The notes below the pieces were generated by a model. It did not search any database. It was not told the origin of the DNA and was given only the letters and a program-made list of their open reading frames with translations. This document shows positions 31,597 through 41,922 of a stretch of 63,283 bases of DNA, in pieces. A program made the translations under genes and the position numbers. Every line of letters starts with the position of its first letter. Position 1 is the stretch's first letter. The stretch is from Obrimoposthia wandeli. Taxonomy: Eukaryota. The stretch lies in NCBI GenBank assembly GCA_977020255.1, contig CDROCS010002422.1, forward strand, positions 372,001 through 435,283. The letters are read 5' to 3'.

Positions 31597-33049
31597 TTGC
31601 GGAACGCTCCTGCGGCGTGCCTTGACCAGTCTTTGACTGAGGCCTTTCTTCTATTTGTGCATCATTAACGCTAGCCGACTTAAGTTCTATAGGCTGTACA
31701 GAAAAGAAGGTGCTGAGTAATAATAAGCTTTGTTGTTGAATCTGCTGTAGTAACAGTTTTGATTTGGCACTGATAAAACTGTGAGCAAATAATAGCGGGA
31801 TAGCCACACACAAACCCATCACTGTGGTAATTAAGGCTTGGGAAATACCACCAGCCATCAACTTGGGATCACTAGTACCCTCCAGCGTAATGCTTTGGAA
31901 TGTTTCTATCATTCCCGTCACGGTGCCTAACAGCCCTAGTAACGGCGCAACCGCAGCTAACAGCTTGACGAAACTATGACAGCGCTCTAATTTGGTGACT
32001 TCTTGCAGCATGGCTTTATCGATAAGTAACTCTGCACATTGTACGTCTTTCACGCCTTTTGCCGCTTGTAGCACGCGCCCTAAAGGATTGGTTGCTAAAG
32101 CTTCGCTTCTCTTAAATTGCGCATTTATTTTGAAGCCAACCCAAGTCATATAAAGCAAGCGCCAAAGCGCAACTAATAAACCCAGAGCACCTAAGCCCAA
32201 AATAATATAGCCGACTAACCCTCCTTGATGTATGCGCTCTTCAAACGTAGGAAGCAGTGTGCTTTGTATCAATAACGTGCCTTTTTCAGGATCAACAACA
32301 AGTGTGTTTGCAGTGCCTGAAACAAAGTTTTGCGCCAGTTCTTTAAGATCTTCGCTTTGCTTTTCTATCACTTGCAGCTTGCCACTGGCTTGGTTGAAAC
32401 GTAAATACTGCCCTTGCGCACTTACAGCCGCGAAAGGCCCTAATTGATAAACTTGCTGCGTGACTATCTCACCATCTGCATCCACCGTTGCGGTACTAAA
32501 GATCTGCACACCCGCATTTGCTACCATCTCTTGCAGCAACATAAACCATAAAGTTTTAAGGTTTTGTACACTAGGAATAGTTGTTTCAAAGGCAAAAGCT
32601 AATTCTTTATGACGCTCAAGATAGCGCCCACTGCTCAGAGAATTTGCGGTTTCTTTAGTAAAATCTAAAGCACTTTTTTTACTAACACTAAACAGTGCTT
32701 GCAACTGAGCGCTACGTTGGTCCAGCTTCTCTACTAATATCGTTTGCTCAGCTGTACCACTGTTAACAGCATCGACCAGTTGAGTTTGGCGCTGCGTTTC
32801 TTGCTTTAGCTCTTCTTCTAACGCTGTTAGCAACGCCTCTTTATCGGTTTTTTTCTGCTTGAACGTAAGCAACCTTTGGCTTTCTTGTTGCTGTTGCACC
32901 GTAATAGACAGCTTCACTTGCTGCAATAAATCCGCCATATTTTCACTGGCAAAAAGTGCACCGCTTAAAAATGTACTACTTATAAATGCACTGCTCAAAA
33001 GCACCGCTATGTATAAGCGACCAATCTTAATTAATTTAATCATTATCAA
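31589..33049 (-). CDS. Long MotA/TolQ/ExbB protein (TtpC-like)
   Basis: Periplasmic coiled-coil N-terminus, APLLGLLGTVTGMI, GGISQALITT. Confidence 0.88.
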   Translation of the reverse strand: MIMIKLIKIGRLYIAVLLSSAFISSTFLSGALFASENMADLLQQVKLSITVQQQQESQRLLTFKQKKTDKEALLTALEEELKQETQRQTQLVDAVNSGTAEQTILVEKLDQRSAQLQALFSVSKKSALDFTKETANSLSSGRYLERHKELAFAFETTIPSVQNLKTLWFMLLQEMVANAGVQIFSTATVDADGEIVTQQVYQLGPFAAVSAQGQYLRFNQASGKLQVIEKQSEDLKELAQNFVSGTANTLVVDPEKGTLLIQSTLLPTFEERIHQGGLVGYIILGLGALGLLVALWRLLYMTWVGFKINAQFKRSEALATNPLGRVLQAAKGVKDVQCAELLIDKAMLQEVTKLERCHSFVKLLAAVAPLLGLLGTVTGMIETFQSITLEGTSDPKLMAGGISQALITTVMGLCVAIPLLFAHSFISAKSKLLLQQIQQQSLLLLSTFFSVQPIELKSASVNDAQIEERPQSKTGQGTPQERSAIV

Positions 33050-33881
33050 GCTCCTTCTTTTCAGCAGCTTGTGAAAGTGTTGTCAAAATCGGTTGCTCTA
33101 ATGCAGATGCTAATGGTACTTCTAGCGGAAGTTCAAGTAATTGTGGTATCGCGGTGCCATTAGCCATTTGTATCGCTTTACTCACCGCTTTGTTTTCTGC
33201 GTCCGTTAACACCACCCAAGTTTGCGTGTTTAAAGACCATTTGGCCGCTTGTGTACCATCTAATTTTTGATAATAAAGCGCGACCCTACCTAAGCGTAAG
33301 TAGTTTACTTCTCGTGTAGCACCGTTTAATTGAAGAGAAGCTTGGTAGGTATCCATCGACAATCCATACTCGCCTTCTTCTTTAAAGGCTTGTAATATTT
33401 TTTGGTATTTAGTACTTAAATCTAATTCAACATTGGCTAAATCTTCTTCTAGCTGCGCTACTGCTCGCATGCGCTGATCCAGCATAAAAGGAAAGTCAGC
33501 AACAACGAAGTTTTTTAAACTGCGTTGCATTTCACGCATAATAGGCTCTATTTCTGCATCAACACCTGCAACAGATAGCAATTGCGTTTCTAAACTGGTT
33601 TTTTTCAGCGCTTGTTGTTGTAACTGCTTTTCTAACCCCTGGTTGTAGCTTTTAGTCGTTTTAAGGGTTAATAACAACTTTCTATACTGGCGATCAAGTT
33701 GATCTTCTTCTTTATATAGCTGATCAATTTCATGCTGTATTTTTGTGTTCTGGCGCTGTCCTGAGATGACACTTTCTTGTACTTCTGTTATTTCAGCTGC
33801 AATAGCACTTGGTGACAGCAAATATGCGAGCGCATAGGCGACAATCAAAAATAAATGTTTTGAGTTAGAGCGTTTTTTCAT
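33036..33881 (-). CDS. DUF3450 protein (TtpB-like)
   Basis: Coiled-coil, YLRLGRVALYY. First gene of the TonB cluster. Confidence 0.85.
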   Translation of the reverse strand: MKKRSNSKHLFLIVAYALAYLLSPSAIAAEITEVQESVISGQRQNTKIQHEIDQLYKEEDQLDRQYRKLLLTLKTTKSYNQGLEKQLQQQALKKTSLETQLLSVAGVDAEIEPIMREMQRSLKNFVVADFPFMLDQRMRAVAQLEEDLANVELDLSTKYQKILQAFKEEGEYGLSMDTYQASLQLNGATREVNYLRLGRVALYYQKLDGTQAAKWSLNTQTWVVLTDAENKAVSKAIQMANGTAIPQLLELPLEVPLASALEQPILTTLSQAAEKKELDND

Positions 33882-33888
33882 GACAGAT

Positions 33889-33913
33889 AATCTAAATGAG
33901 AGTGATTTGTGTT
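33889..33913. promoter_or_regulatory. Fur-box-like site upstream of TonB operon
   Basis: AATCTAAATGAGAGTGATTTGTGTT is 22/25 identical to the hemP box. Confidence 0.7.
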
Positions 33914-34159
33914 ATCTTATAATATTTATTTCCTCGCTTCTATGCAATCACTTTTACAGTTATTGCCAATTCTTAACGCTGGGCGCAGTTATTGAGTAAT
34001 TCAAAAGACTAGGTAGATCATAAGGTAGGTAAACAAATGAATGGGAAGATACTTAACGTGTTTGCTTTCAGCTTAATACAGGCCTTTCGTGCTCTATTGG
34101 ATATAGAAGCACGAAAATGGTTTCTTGATGCGGGCTAGCGAATAGATCGTTTTTCTAAT

Positions 34160-35167
34160 TTACAGCGTTTGCCAAGTGCCCGTTTTTGCCGCACTAAAGA
34201 TTGCATCTATGATGCGCATATTTGCGATAGAATTTTCCAGTGACACACATAAAGGCTGTTTATCTAAAATCGCTTTTGAGAAAAGCTCGCCTTGAATTTG
34301 ATATTGATCAGCAACTGCAAAAGTTTCTATTCGCACACCATCATTACCTAACACGCTGCCATCATCGATAAAAATGCGGTTTTCTTTATCGGTTGGCGCA
34401 TTGAAAGGGATTTCAACTTCTATGCGCCCTGTGCTACCTAATATGTTAACCCGCTGGTAGGGAACCATTTGTGTAGAGCAAAGCCAAGTGACTTGTACGC
34501 CGCTTGCAAACTCCATAATAACCGATGCTAATCTATCAGTTTTCAGTTGCGGATCTCTATCGATACTTGCAGCTAAACGACTGGGCTCCTCCCCTGTTAT
34601 CATGCGTGACACCATCACTAAATAACAACCGATGTCATAAATGCCTCCTCCGCCAATATCAGCTTGGTTGCGAATGTTTACGCTGTCATTATTGAAGTAA
34701 CTAAAGGCACCTTGCAACGCCAATAACTTACCTATGTCGCCTTGTTCAACTAATTCAAGCACGCGTAACCACTGTGGGTTAGAACATACCATAAAGGCTT
34801 CTTCTACTCTTTTGCCTGTTTCTTCACTCACCGCCAATAATTGTTCAGCTTCTGCACAAGTCAGTGCAATGGGCTTTTCGCAGAGCACATCTTTACCTGC
34901 GCGCATCGCTTGAATAGTCAGTGGTACATGTAAATGATTAGGTAAAGGGTTATAAATCGCATCAATATTCGGGTCTTCTAGCAGCTCTTCGTAACTGCCA
35001 TAAACTGTAGATATGGCCAGATCATCAGCCATTGCTTGCGCACGTTGTAAACTTCTAGATGCCACTGCAGCGATATTAACGTAAGGGCTGCGTTGCATTG
35101 CAGGCACCACTTGCTTCCAACCTATCTTGGCGGTACTGAGCACCCCCCAATTTAATACACTTTGCAT
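34160..35167 (-). CDS. Gfo/Idh/MocA oxidoreductase
   Basis: YNPLPNHLH, VLCEKP, GGGGIYDIGCY. Confidence 0.92.
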   Translation of the reverse strand: MQSVLNWGVLSTAKIGWKQVVPAMQRSPYVNIAAVASRSLQRAQAMADDLAISTVYGSYEELLEDPNIDAIYNPLPNHLHVPLTIQAMRAGKDVLCEKPIALTCAEAEQLLAVSEETGKRVEEAFMVCSNPQWLRVLELVEQGDIGKLLALQGAFSYFNNDSVNIRNQADIGGGGIYDIGCYLVMVSRMITGEEPSRLAASIDRDPQLKTDRLASVIMEFASGVQVTWLCSTQMVPYQRVNILGSTGRIEVEIPFNAPTDKENRIFIDDGSVLGNDGVRIETFAVADQYQIQGELFSKAILDKQPLCVSLENSIANMRIIDAIFSAAKTGTWQTL

Positions 35168-35475
35168 AAACCTACCTTACTAAACATTTATCAAATACAA
35201 AAAAAAGAATTTACAGGCTCTAATTACGCTGAGAAAATCAAGATTACAGTAAAGCTCTCCCTTACTTCAACGCAATTGACACTATGATACAAAACACTAA
35301 CACGAACACTTAAGACAAACTTCTCAAGACATTCTATATACCTAGTCATTGCTGCCCGGTTAGAAAGTGCGAACTCTCTAACAAAAATTAAACTGGAAAC
35401 TAATGAAGTAACCTGAGAGGTTTTCCTCACAGCGCTCAGCTTATCTATGAATGTCTATACGCTAGGGGTGAATAA

Positions 35476-35958
35476 ATGTATGAATGGCAACAGATAGATT
35501 GGGAGAATCCCGAAGCGCTGATTTCAGATAACTTTAAAGTTCGCGAGGCATTGCGCCTTAATCAATGGAATGTACTACACATCCCCAGTGATGCAGAGAA
35601 ACAGCAAATCGTCAAACTTGCCGCTTCAATGGAGGATATTAGAACCATTTTCAATAAAGGAATTAGCGTTCACTGCTGGATACGCCCTACTAGTGTCAAT
35701 TGCAACGACCCGCAATACATGGGGAAAAATTATAATAAGGCAGTGGGATCGACCTCAACCAAATCAGCTCATATTGCTGGCAGAGCTGTTGATTTTCATA
35801 TCATTGGTCTATCCAGTGCCGACGATTGTGCGGTAGTAAGGGAAGAAATACTACCGCATTTAGAGACATTCAACTTAAGAATGGAGGATCACCATGGTGG
35901 TTGGATTCACATTGACAACAAGCCTGTCATTAATAGCCGGTTCTTTAAAGTCAATTAG
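35476..35958 (+). CDS. Peptidase M15A-like Zn peptidoglycan peptidase
   Basis: WIRP, SAHIAGRAVDF (SxHxxGxAxD), WIHID. Confidence 0.85.
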   Translation: MYEWQQIDWENPEALISDNFKVREALRLNQWNVLHIPSDAEKQQIVKLAASMEDIRTIFNKGISVHCWIRPTSVNCNDPQYMGKNYNKAVGSTSTKSAHIAGRAVDFHIIGLSSADDCAVVREEILPHLETFNLRMEDHHGGWIHIDNKPVINSRFFKVN

Positions 35959-36062
35959 TAGATTATCCTCTCTACTCATTTGTTAGCTACCGGCGCTATC
36001 CTAGATATTTTATACAGTTTTGCTACACTCAAGCTACCTTCTTTTTGTGTAGGATCAATAAC

Positions 36063-37070
36063 ATGCAATACTCTCAACTTGGTAACTCAGGCCTTAAAGT
36101 TTCGCCATTGTGTTTAGGCACTATGATGTTTGGTGGGCGCACAGATAAAAACGTTAGTGCCAACATTGTGGCGAGTGCAGCCGATGCAGGCATTAATTTT
36201 ATTGATACTGCTGATGTTTATAATGCGGGAATATCTGAGCAAATAACCGGGAATTTAATAAAAGCTACCCGACATGATTGGGTGCTAGCCACAAAAGTAG
36301 GCAATGCAATGTCCACTAGCCCTATGGCAAGGGGATTAAGCAGAAAATGGTTAATGCAGGCTGTGGATGATAGTTTGCGCCGTTTAGACACTGATTACAT
36401 TGATATCTACTACTTACACCTGGAAGATTTAAACACGCCATTACAGGAAACGATTGGCGCTATTGGTGATTTAATTCGCCAAGGGAAAATTCGCTACTTT
36501 GGCTTAAGTAACTTTCGTGCGTGGCGCGTAGCTGAAATAATTCGCCTGTGCGATAAGCTAAATGTACCTTATCCTGTGGTGAGTCAGCCTTATTATAACG
36601 CGCTCAACCGCATGCCAGAAACAGAACATTTACCAGTATGTGCCCATTATGGGTTAGGTGTTTTTTCATATAGCCCACTCGCCAGAGGGGTATTAACCGG
36701 TAAGTATTTACCCCAACAAGCAGCACCTGCTGATACTAGAGCGGGACAAAATGATAAACGTATTATGCAAACTGAGTGGCGTGAAGAGTCACTAATAATT
36801 GCTCAACAAATTAAACAACATGCCACTGCACAAGGCATCAGCGCTGGGCAGTTTGCGCTTTCTTGGGTGCTCAATAATAGCCTTATCAGTGGCGCTATTG
36901 CAGGCCCGCGTACTATGGAGCAATGGCAGGAATACTTAAGCGCTCTCGACTATCAATTTACCAAAGCTGATGAAGCTTTAATTGATCAGTTGGTCGTAAC
37001 AGGACATTCATCCACACCTGGCTATAATGATCCTGCTTATCCGTTAGTGGGACGAGTTTCTAGAGTGTAA
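36063..37070 (+). CDS. Aldo/keto reductase
   Basis: LCLGTMMFG, FIDTADVY, LATKVG, LRRLDTDYIDIY, YSPLARGVL. Confidence 0.95.
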   Translation: MQYSQLGNSGLKVSPLCLGTMMFGGRTDKNVSANIVASAADAGINFIDTADVYNAGISEQITGNLIKATRHDWVLATKVGNAMSTSPMARGLSRKWLMQAVDDSLRRLDTDYIDIYYLHLEDLNTPLQETIGAIGDLIRQGKIRYFGLSNFRAWRVAEIIRLCDKLNVPYPVVSQPYYNALNRMPETEHLPVCAHYGLGVFSYSPLARGVLTGKYLPQQAAPADTRAGQNDKRIMQTEWREESLIIAQQIKQHATAQGISAGQFALSWVLNNSLISGAIAGPRTMEQWQEYLSALDYQFTKADEALIDQLVVTGHSSTPGYNDPAYPLVGRVSRV

Positions 37071-37188
37071 GAAGCTGTTCATGACGAGAATGCTGAGGGA
37101 TAAACTCTCATAATTTAAACCTCTGTCTAAGCGCGGCAGTGGCTTAATTATATGTGCTAATGCGGCGAGTATTCATGTTGTATACTGG

Positions 37189-37207
37189 CATGCTTAATCT
37201 GTTATAT
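37189..37207 (+). repeat. 3' half of an attC-like site
   Basis: CATGCTTAATCTGTTATAT is 15/19 identical to the 3' arm of the attC at 37638-37656. It sits directly before the cassette RBS. Confidence 0.45.
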
Positions 37208-37218
37208 TTTGGTGGTCT

Positions 37219-37580
37219 ATGGAAACTTGCACTCACAGTTTAAACCCTGTTAAGGGAATCTTATGCTCGGGTCCTTTAAGATTTAAATGTCGAAACTGTG
37301 GAATCAAATTAATTCGTGAGCACCCCAAAGCAGAGCGAGTGTTCCGTTTCTTATTCACCGGTCCAGATATCCCATGGGGAGTTTTTTCCTGTTATTAGTA
37401 CCTTGGTTGCCTTGGCTTTTATCAGGCTTAGTTATTATGTTCGGATTACTCTATGCGTGGGATATACCTGTACAGCCTATAAGAGAGAGCCAAGATAATA
37501 AAAAGAATAAACTTAGCAAATTTACAAAATTTCTTTTATTTTTTGCCGTTATAGTAATTGTTGCTATCTCGCAGATTTAA
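37219..37580 (+). pseudogene. Frameshifted gene cassette: Cys-rich N-terminus plus membrane domain
   Basis: ORF 37219-37398 (METCTH...CSG...CRNCG...PWGVF) joins ORF 37374-37580 if one T is added to the T6 run at 37382-37387, giving 120 aa. Confidence 0.6.
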
Positions 37581-37656
37581 ATATAACAAATTTAGGCACA
37601 GCGAATGGTCTCCGCTGCTTCGAAGCTACACCCATCCCATGCTAAAAGCGTTATAT
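37581..37656 (+). repeat. attC-like site
   Basis: ATATAAC-AAA-TTTAGGCA ... TGCTAAAA-GC-GTTATAT, starting immediately after the cassette stop codon. Confidence 0.75.
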
Positions 37657-37669
37657 ACAGGTGAATTAA

Positions 37670-37921
37670 TTGGAAGAACTAGCTTTTTTAATCGTTCGCA
37701 GCTTGTTTGCTGCTATCACATGGCTTATTGGTGATTTTCTTTTTTACCTTATTTTTTATTATATAGGCTGGTTTGTATGCTTAGTATTTACTTTAGGTAA
37801 ATACCCCGCCAAACAACTTTCTAAAAAAAGTCATAAACGCGGTTACTTGGATGGAAGTCTAGTTTCTATTATCGGTGTTATTAGTACAGTTATTGCCGTT
37901 GTGTTGATATATGCAGTATAA
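37670..37921 (+). CDS. Small membrane protein, probable gene cassette
   Basis: 83 aa hydrophobic ORF between two attC-like sites. AGGTG RBS follows GTTATAT. Confidence 0.65.
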   Translation: MEELAFLIVRSLFAAITWLIGDFLFYLIFYYIGWFVCLVFTLGKYPAKQLSKKSHKRGYLDGSLVSIIGVISTVIAVVLIYAV

Positions 37922-37932
37922 AGCGTTTCTTC

Positions 37933-38026
37933 ATATAACAAGAACGTGTTGCATCAACCACTATGAAGTTTGGATAGTTTTTCGCTAGTTCCTCCCTACA
38001 TTCCGCTGCAAATGTTGGCGTTAACT
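37933..38026 (+). repeat. attC-like site
   Basis: ATATAAC-AAGA-ACGTGTTGC ... GCAAATGT-TGGC-GTTAACT, 11 bp after the stop codon. Confidence 0.65.
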
Positions 38027-38386
38027 CACATTTAGTTCCATATAGCCGGCGCTAGCAGTAATAGTTAAAATTGGCTAAATAGCCGAGTAAAATATCAGTA
38101 GCTAGGAAGCTACTAATTCATATTCAATCTTTCATTTCCTGCTGCCACTAGTTAATCTTAGTTACGACGAAAAGAACCTACCCGTCAGAAGTTACAGCGC
38201 ATCTGTCTTGAAGGCTTTGAAACACGTTTTTCATAATTGAATGATATTGATAAATTTTCCAACTCAATTGTTTACCTCAGATTTAGTATTTGGTAGCGTA
38301 CCAGTAATTTAAAATGAGTGAATAGCATAGTTATCACCATATCGACAACTTACTAATTCACGCTTAACCTTATTCTGAGAACCTCC

Positions 38387-39925
38387 ATGAATATTCTATT
38401 TATCACTGCCGATCAATGGCGAGGCGATTGTTTATCTGCTCTTGATCACCTTGTTGTTAAAACTCCGAATCTAGATAAACTTGCTAGCCAAGGTGTTTTA
38501 TTTAAACGCCATTACGCCCAGGCTACTCCTTGTGCACCGAGTCGTACGTCTCTTCATACCGGCATGTACATGCAAAATCATCGCTGCGTTAAAAATGGCA
38601 CGCCTGTCGATAGCCGTTTGAATAACTGGGCAAAGGAAGTCAGAAAACTAGGCTACGACCCCTCCCTCTTTGGCTACACCGATACCGCCGTTGACCCTCG
38701 TGGCTTAAGCCCTAATGATGCTCGTTTGGCTCACTATAGTGAGCCCTTACCCGGCTTGACCAATCACACTCCCTATAAACAGGATGTTTCAGTCAATTGG
38801 GTGAATGACTTAATCAGTAAAGGTTATGTCATACCTGAAAAGCGATGGGACCTATATGGTGATAAAATCGATGGGATTGATTGGAAAGACGGCGGTGAAT
38901 TCCCACTGCCATTGGCGATAAAAAAAGAAGATCATGAAACGCATTTCATGATCGATAAATGTATCGATTGGATCAAAGGTCAAAATGATTCTTGGATTAC
39001 TCATTTGTCATTGTTGCGTCCACATCCGCCGTTTTCTGCTCCAGAACCTTATAACCGACTATATGATCCAGCGACCATGGCGCAACCTATACGCCAAGGC
39101 AGTAGAGAGACAGAGTCAGCGCAGCACCCATTTTTGAAGTATCACATGGAACACCCAGAATATGGATCGCCAATACCGAGTGCTGGAGAATCAGCAGCTG
39201 ATTTGACTATTCAACAGGCCAAAGCTAATTATTACGGATTGATGACTGAAGTAGATGACAATCTTGGTCGCTTAATTGAACAGCTCAAAGTAACAGGACA
39301 CTGGGAAACGACACTTATTATTTTCACCTCCGATCACGGTGAACAGATGGGCGATCATTGGCTTCTCAATAAGTTGGGGTATTTTGATCAATCCTATCAT
39401 GTGCCATTGATTATCCGTGATCCTAGAGCTGCAGCCGACTCCACACGAGGAATGCAGATAGACTCGTTTAGTGAAAATGTGGATATCATGCCAACCATGC
39501 TCGATTGGTTAAACGCTGACAAGCCTGATCAATGTGATGGCCGCTCATTAATACCGTTTCTTCATACTGGTAGCAAGCCCGATAATTGGCGACAAGAAGT
39601 ACATTGGGAGTATGACTTCCGCTCCGATGTGGGCGATGAGGTTGAGAAAAACCTCGGGATTACGGCTCATCAATGCAGCCTCGCGGTGATTAGAGATGAG
39701 CACTACAAGTACGTTCACTTTACCGCCATGCCTGCACTTTTTTTTGATTTAGCAGCAGACCCGCATGAGTTCAATAATTTGGCCGATCATCCCGACTATC
39801 AAGCGCTGCTACTGAGCTATGCCCAGAAAATGCTTTCCTGGCGCATGAATCATACTGATCGTGGTTTAACACAAACTCTATTAACCTCGGACGGCCCCAT
39901 AGCAAGGCGTTCAGACCTGCACTAA
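38387..39925 (+). CDS. Sulfatase-superfamily hydrolase, phosphonate monoester hydrolase-like
   Basis: ITADQWR, CAPSRTSLHTGMY (Cys-type formylglycine motif), LRPHPP, TSDHG, EYDFR. Confidence 0.82.
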   Translation: MNILFITADQWRGDCLSALDHLVVKTPNLDKLASQGVLFKRHYAQATPCAPSRTSLHTGMYMQNHRCVKNGTPVDSRLNNWAKEVRKLGYDPSLFGYTDTAVDPRGLSPNDARLAHYSEPLPGLTNHTPYKQDVSVNWVNDLISKGYVIPEKRWDLYGDKIDGIDWKDGGEFPLPLAIKKEDHETHFMIDKCIDWIKGQNDSWITHLSLLRPHPPFSAPEPYNRLYDPATMAQPIRQGSRETESAQHPFLKYHMEHPEYGSPIPSAGESAADLTIQQAKANYYGLMTEVDDNLGRLIEQLKVTGHWETTLIIFTSDHGEQMGDHWLLNKLGYFDQSYHVPLIIRDPRAAADSTRGMQIDSFSENVDIMPTMLDWLNADKPDQCDGRSLIPFLHTGSKPDNWRQEVHWEYDFRSDVGDEVEKNLGITAHQCSLAVIRDEHYKYVHFTAMPALFFDLAADPHEFNNLADHPDYQALLLSYAQKMLSWRMNHTDRGLTQTLLTSDGPIARRSDLH

Positions 39926-40042
39926 AGAGCCTTTGGGTGTGGAGTAAACCTTGCCTTTTAGGAATGAAATCGACACTTAGCTCGTAAATCAAATTTAAAG
40001 GCTCGCTCTACAAGAGCAAAAAACAAGCTTTGTTAAGTGTTG

Positions 40043-40723
40043 TTAGGGATGTAAATCTCCTAGTCCAACAACTGCGCTAACAAATGCTTTTAGCTGCGCT
40101 TGGGGTGGGTGTGGTTCTGGCACAAGCAGGCCTCGCTTCACGCCATCGCGCTGCATAAGACGCTCGTACCAAGCGGTTACATTTTGATGCGCATCCATCG
40201 GTAGCATTTCGCCAATAGGATGCACAAAGCACATTCTTATCCACGGCAAGAAAGCGATATCAGCGATGCTATATTCATCTCCTGCGATAAATTCGCTGTT
40301 TTCCAAATACTGATTAAGCACTGTTAATAACCGTGAAACTTCTTTTCGGTAGCGCTCGGTCACTTTAGGAAACTCGTTACCCCATGCGCCGCCCCACACC
40401 AATAACTGCCCAAAATAAGGGCCTAAACCACTCATTTGCAACATTAGTAGCTCCATCACTTTTGATCTTTTAGCTAAATCTTGAGGCAATAACTTGCCCG
40501 TTTTTTCGGCCAGATAGTATAAAATCGCCCCCGATTCACTAATAGTAATATCGCCATCAGTCAGTACCGGGATTTTCTGGTTAAGGTTCATTTTAGTAAA
40601 AGCGGGCATTTTTTGATCGCCACCTAAAAAGAGCCGATGGGCGGTGTACTCAAGCGCCAATTCTTCTAGAGCTATGGATATTTTCAAACCATTGGGAGTT
40701 GCATCTGTGTATAGGTTAATCAT
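40043..40723 (-). CDS. Glutathione S-transferase (YfcG-like)
   Basis: TPNGLKISIALEE, KIPVL, ESGAIL, YSIADIA. Confidence 0.9.
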   Translation of the reverse strand: MINLYTDATPNGLKISIALEELALEYTAHRLFLGGDQKMPAFTKMNLNQKIPVLTDGDITISESGAILYYLAEKTGKLLPQDLAKRSKVMELLMLQMSGLGPYFGQLLVWGGAWGNEFPKVTERYRKEVSRLLTVLNQYLENSEFIAGDEYSIADIAFLPWIRMCFVHPIGEMLPMDAHQNVTAWYERLMQRDGVKRGLLVPEPHPPQAQLKAFVSAVVGLGDLHP

Positions 40724-40918
40724 GAGGAGCTTCCTGTTTTAAGAACCTTGTTATCTAAGGGCTTATCATACAGGCTGCATTTTTGTTGAGAAGTGCGATA
40801 AACTACGTTCTATAAACGCATATTTGCGCCCTCTTTTTAGGCAGGAATTTTATAACTTAATTTTTATTACTTAGTTTTGATAGCTCAATTCTTATAACCT
40901 AAAGCACTGGAGTTTGTT

Positions 40919-41815
40919 ATGCACTGGGATGACATGAAGATTTTCCTCGCGATTGCTCAAACGGGAGGTTTAAAGAAAGCAGCCCTTAAATTGGCGATAC
41001 ATCACACCTCTTGTGCACGGCGCATCAAGAACTTAGAAACACAATTAGGTGTGGCGCTATTTCACCGTCTACCGGCGGGTTATCAACTCACTGAAACAGG
41101 TGAGCAGCTGTATTTATCATGCAGTATTATTCAAGATGAATTTAACGCCATTGAAAGAGATATTTTGGGTAAAGATTTACGCATCAGCGGTGATTTGTGT
41201 TTAACACTACCCAATGGTTTTGCAACGCACTTATTGATGCCTGATTTAGAAAAATTTATGGCTTTGTACCCAGATGTAAACTTAAAAATCATCATGAGTT
41301 ATGAACATAAAGATTTAGCCAGCAGAGAAGCGGATTTAGCTATCCGACACATCAATGAACCGCCTGATTCTTTAATGGGCAAGCGCGTGGGCCGAATTTA
41401 TAAAAGTGCTTATGCTAGTAATGAGTATTTGGCTGCGCATGATTTAAAAAACCAGCCGCAAACTTGTGCTTGGTTGGGATGGGGCGATAGCGCTAATCAT
41501 TTGAAATGGGCAGAAAAATCCAAACATCCTAGCATTCCAGTGAAAGGGAGTATGTATTCAGATGTACTACAGTTATCTGCACTTCAGGCACATATTGGTA
41601 TTGCTTCACTGCCTTGTTTTATCGGTGATAAAGCGTTGGGAGTTTCACGTATACCGCAAGCAGAGGCGATTGCAGGTGAATGGGTATGGATTCTTGCACA
41701 TAAAGATATGGCGAAAAACACCCGCGTAAGAGTGCTTATAGATTTTTTAGCTAAAGCTTTTAGCTCACATAAAAACGCACTAAGTGGCGTGCTAGAAAAT
41801 GAGCATGGGGCTTAG
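40919..41815 (+). CDS. LysR-family regulator
   Basis: MHWDD...RRIKNLETQLGVALFHR, READLAIR. Confidence 0.92.
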   Translation: MHWDDMKIFLAIAQTGGLKKAALKLAIHHTSCARRIKNLETQLGVALFHRLPAGYQLTETGEQLYLSCSIIQDEFNAIERDILGKDLRISGDLCLTLPNGFATHLLMPDLEKFMALYPDVNLKIIMSYEHKDLASREADLAIRHINEPPDSLMGKRVGRIYKSAYASNEYLAAHDLKNQPQTCAWLGWGDSANHLKWAEKSKHPSIPVKGSMYSDVLQLSALQAHIGIASLPCFIGDKALGVSRIPQAEAIAGEWVWILAHKDMAKNTRVRVLIDFLAKAFSSHKNALSGVLENEHGA

Positions 41816-41848
41816 CACTCACTAGCGGATAGAACGAATTTAACACAT

Positions 41849-41890
41849 AAAAAAGCCGCTCCTCTATACTACAAAAGAGGCAGCGGCTTA
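41849..41890. terminator. Intrinsic terminator between convergent genes
   Basis: AAAAAGCCGCT-CCTCT...AGAGG-CAGCGGCTT hairpin. Confidence 0.6.
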
Positions 41891-41922
41891 TAAGCGCGTT
41901 AAGTCAAAAAAAGCTTTGTTGC

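Noticed and set aside
37316-37498. 60-aa ORF in third frame
   Set aside because: It overlaps the better-supported frameshifted cassette gene.
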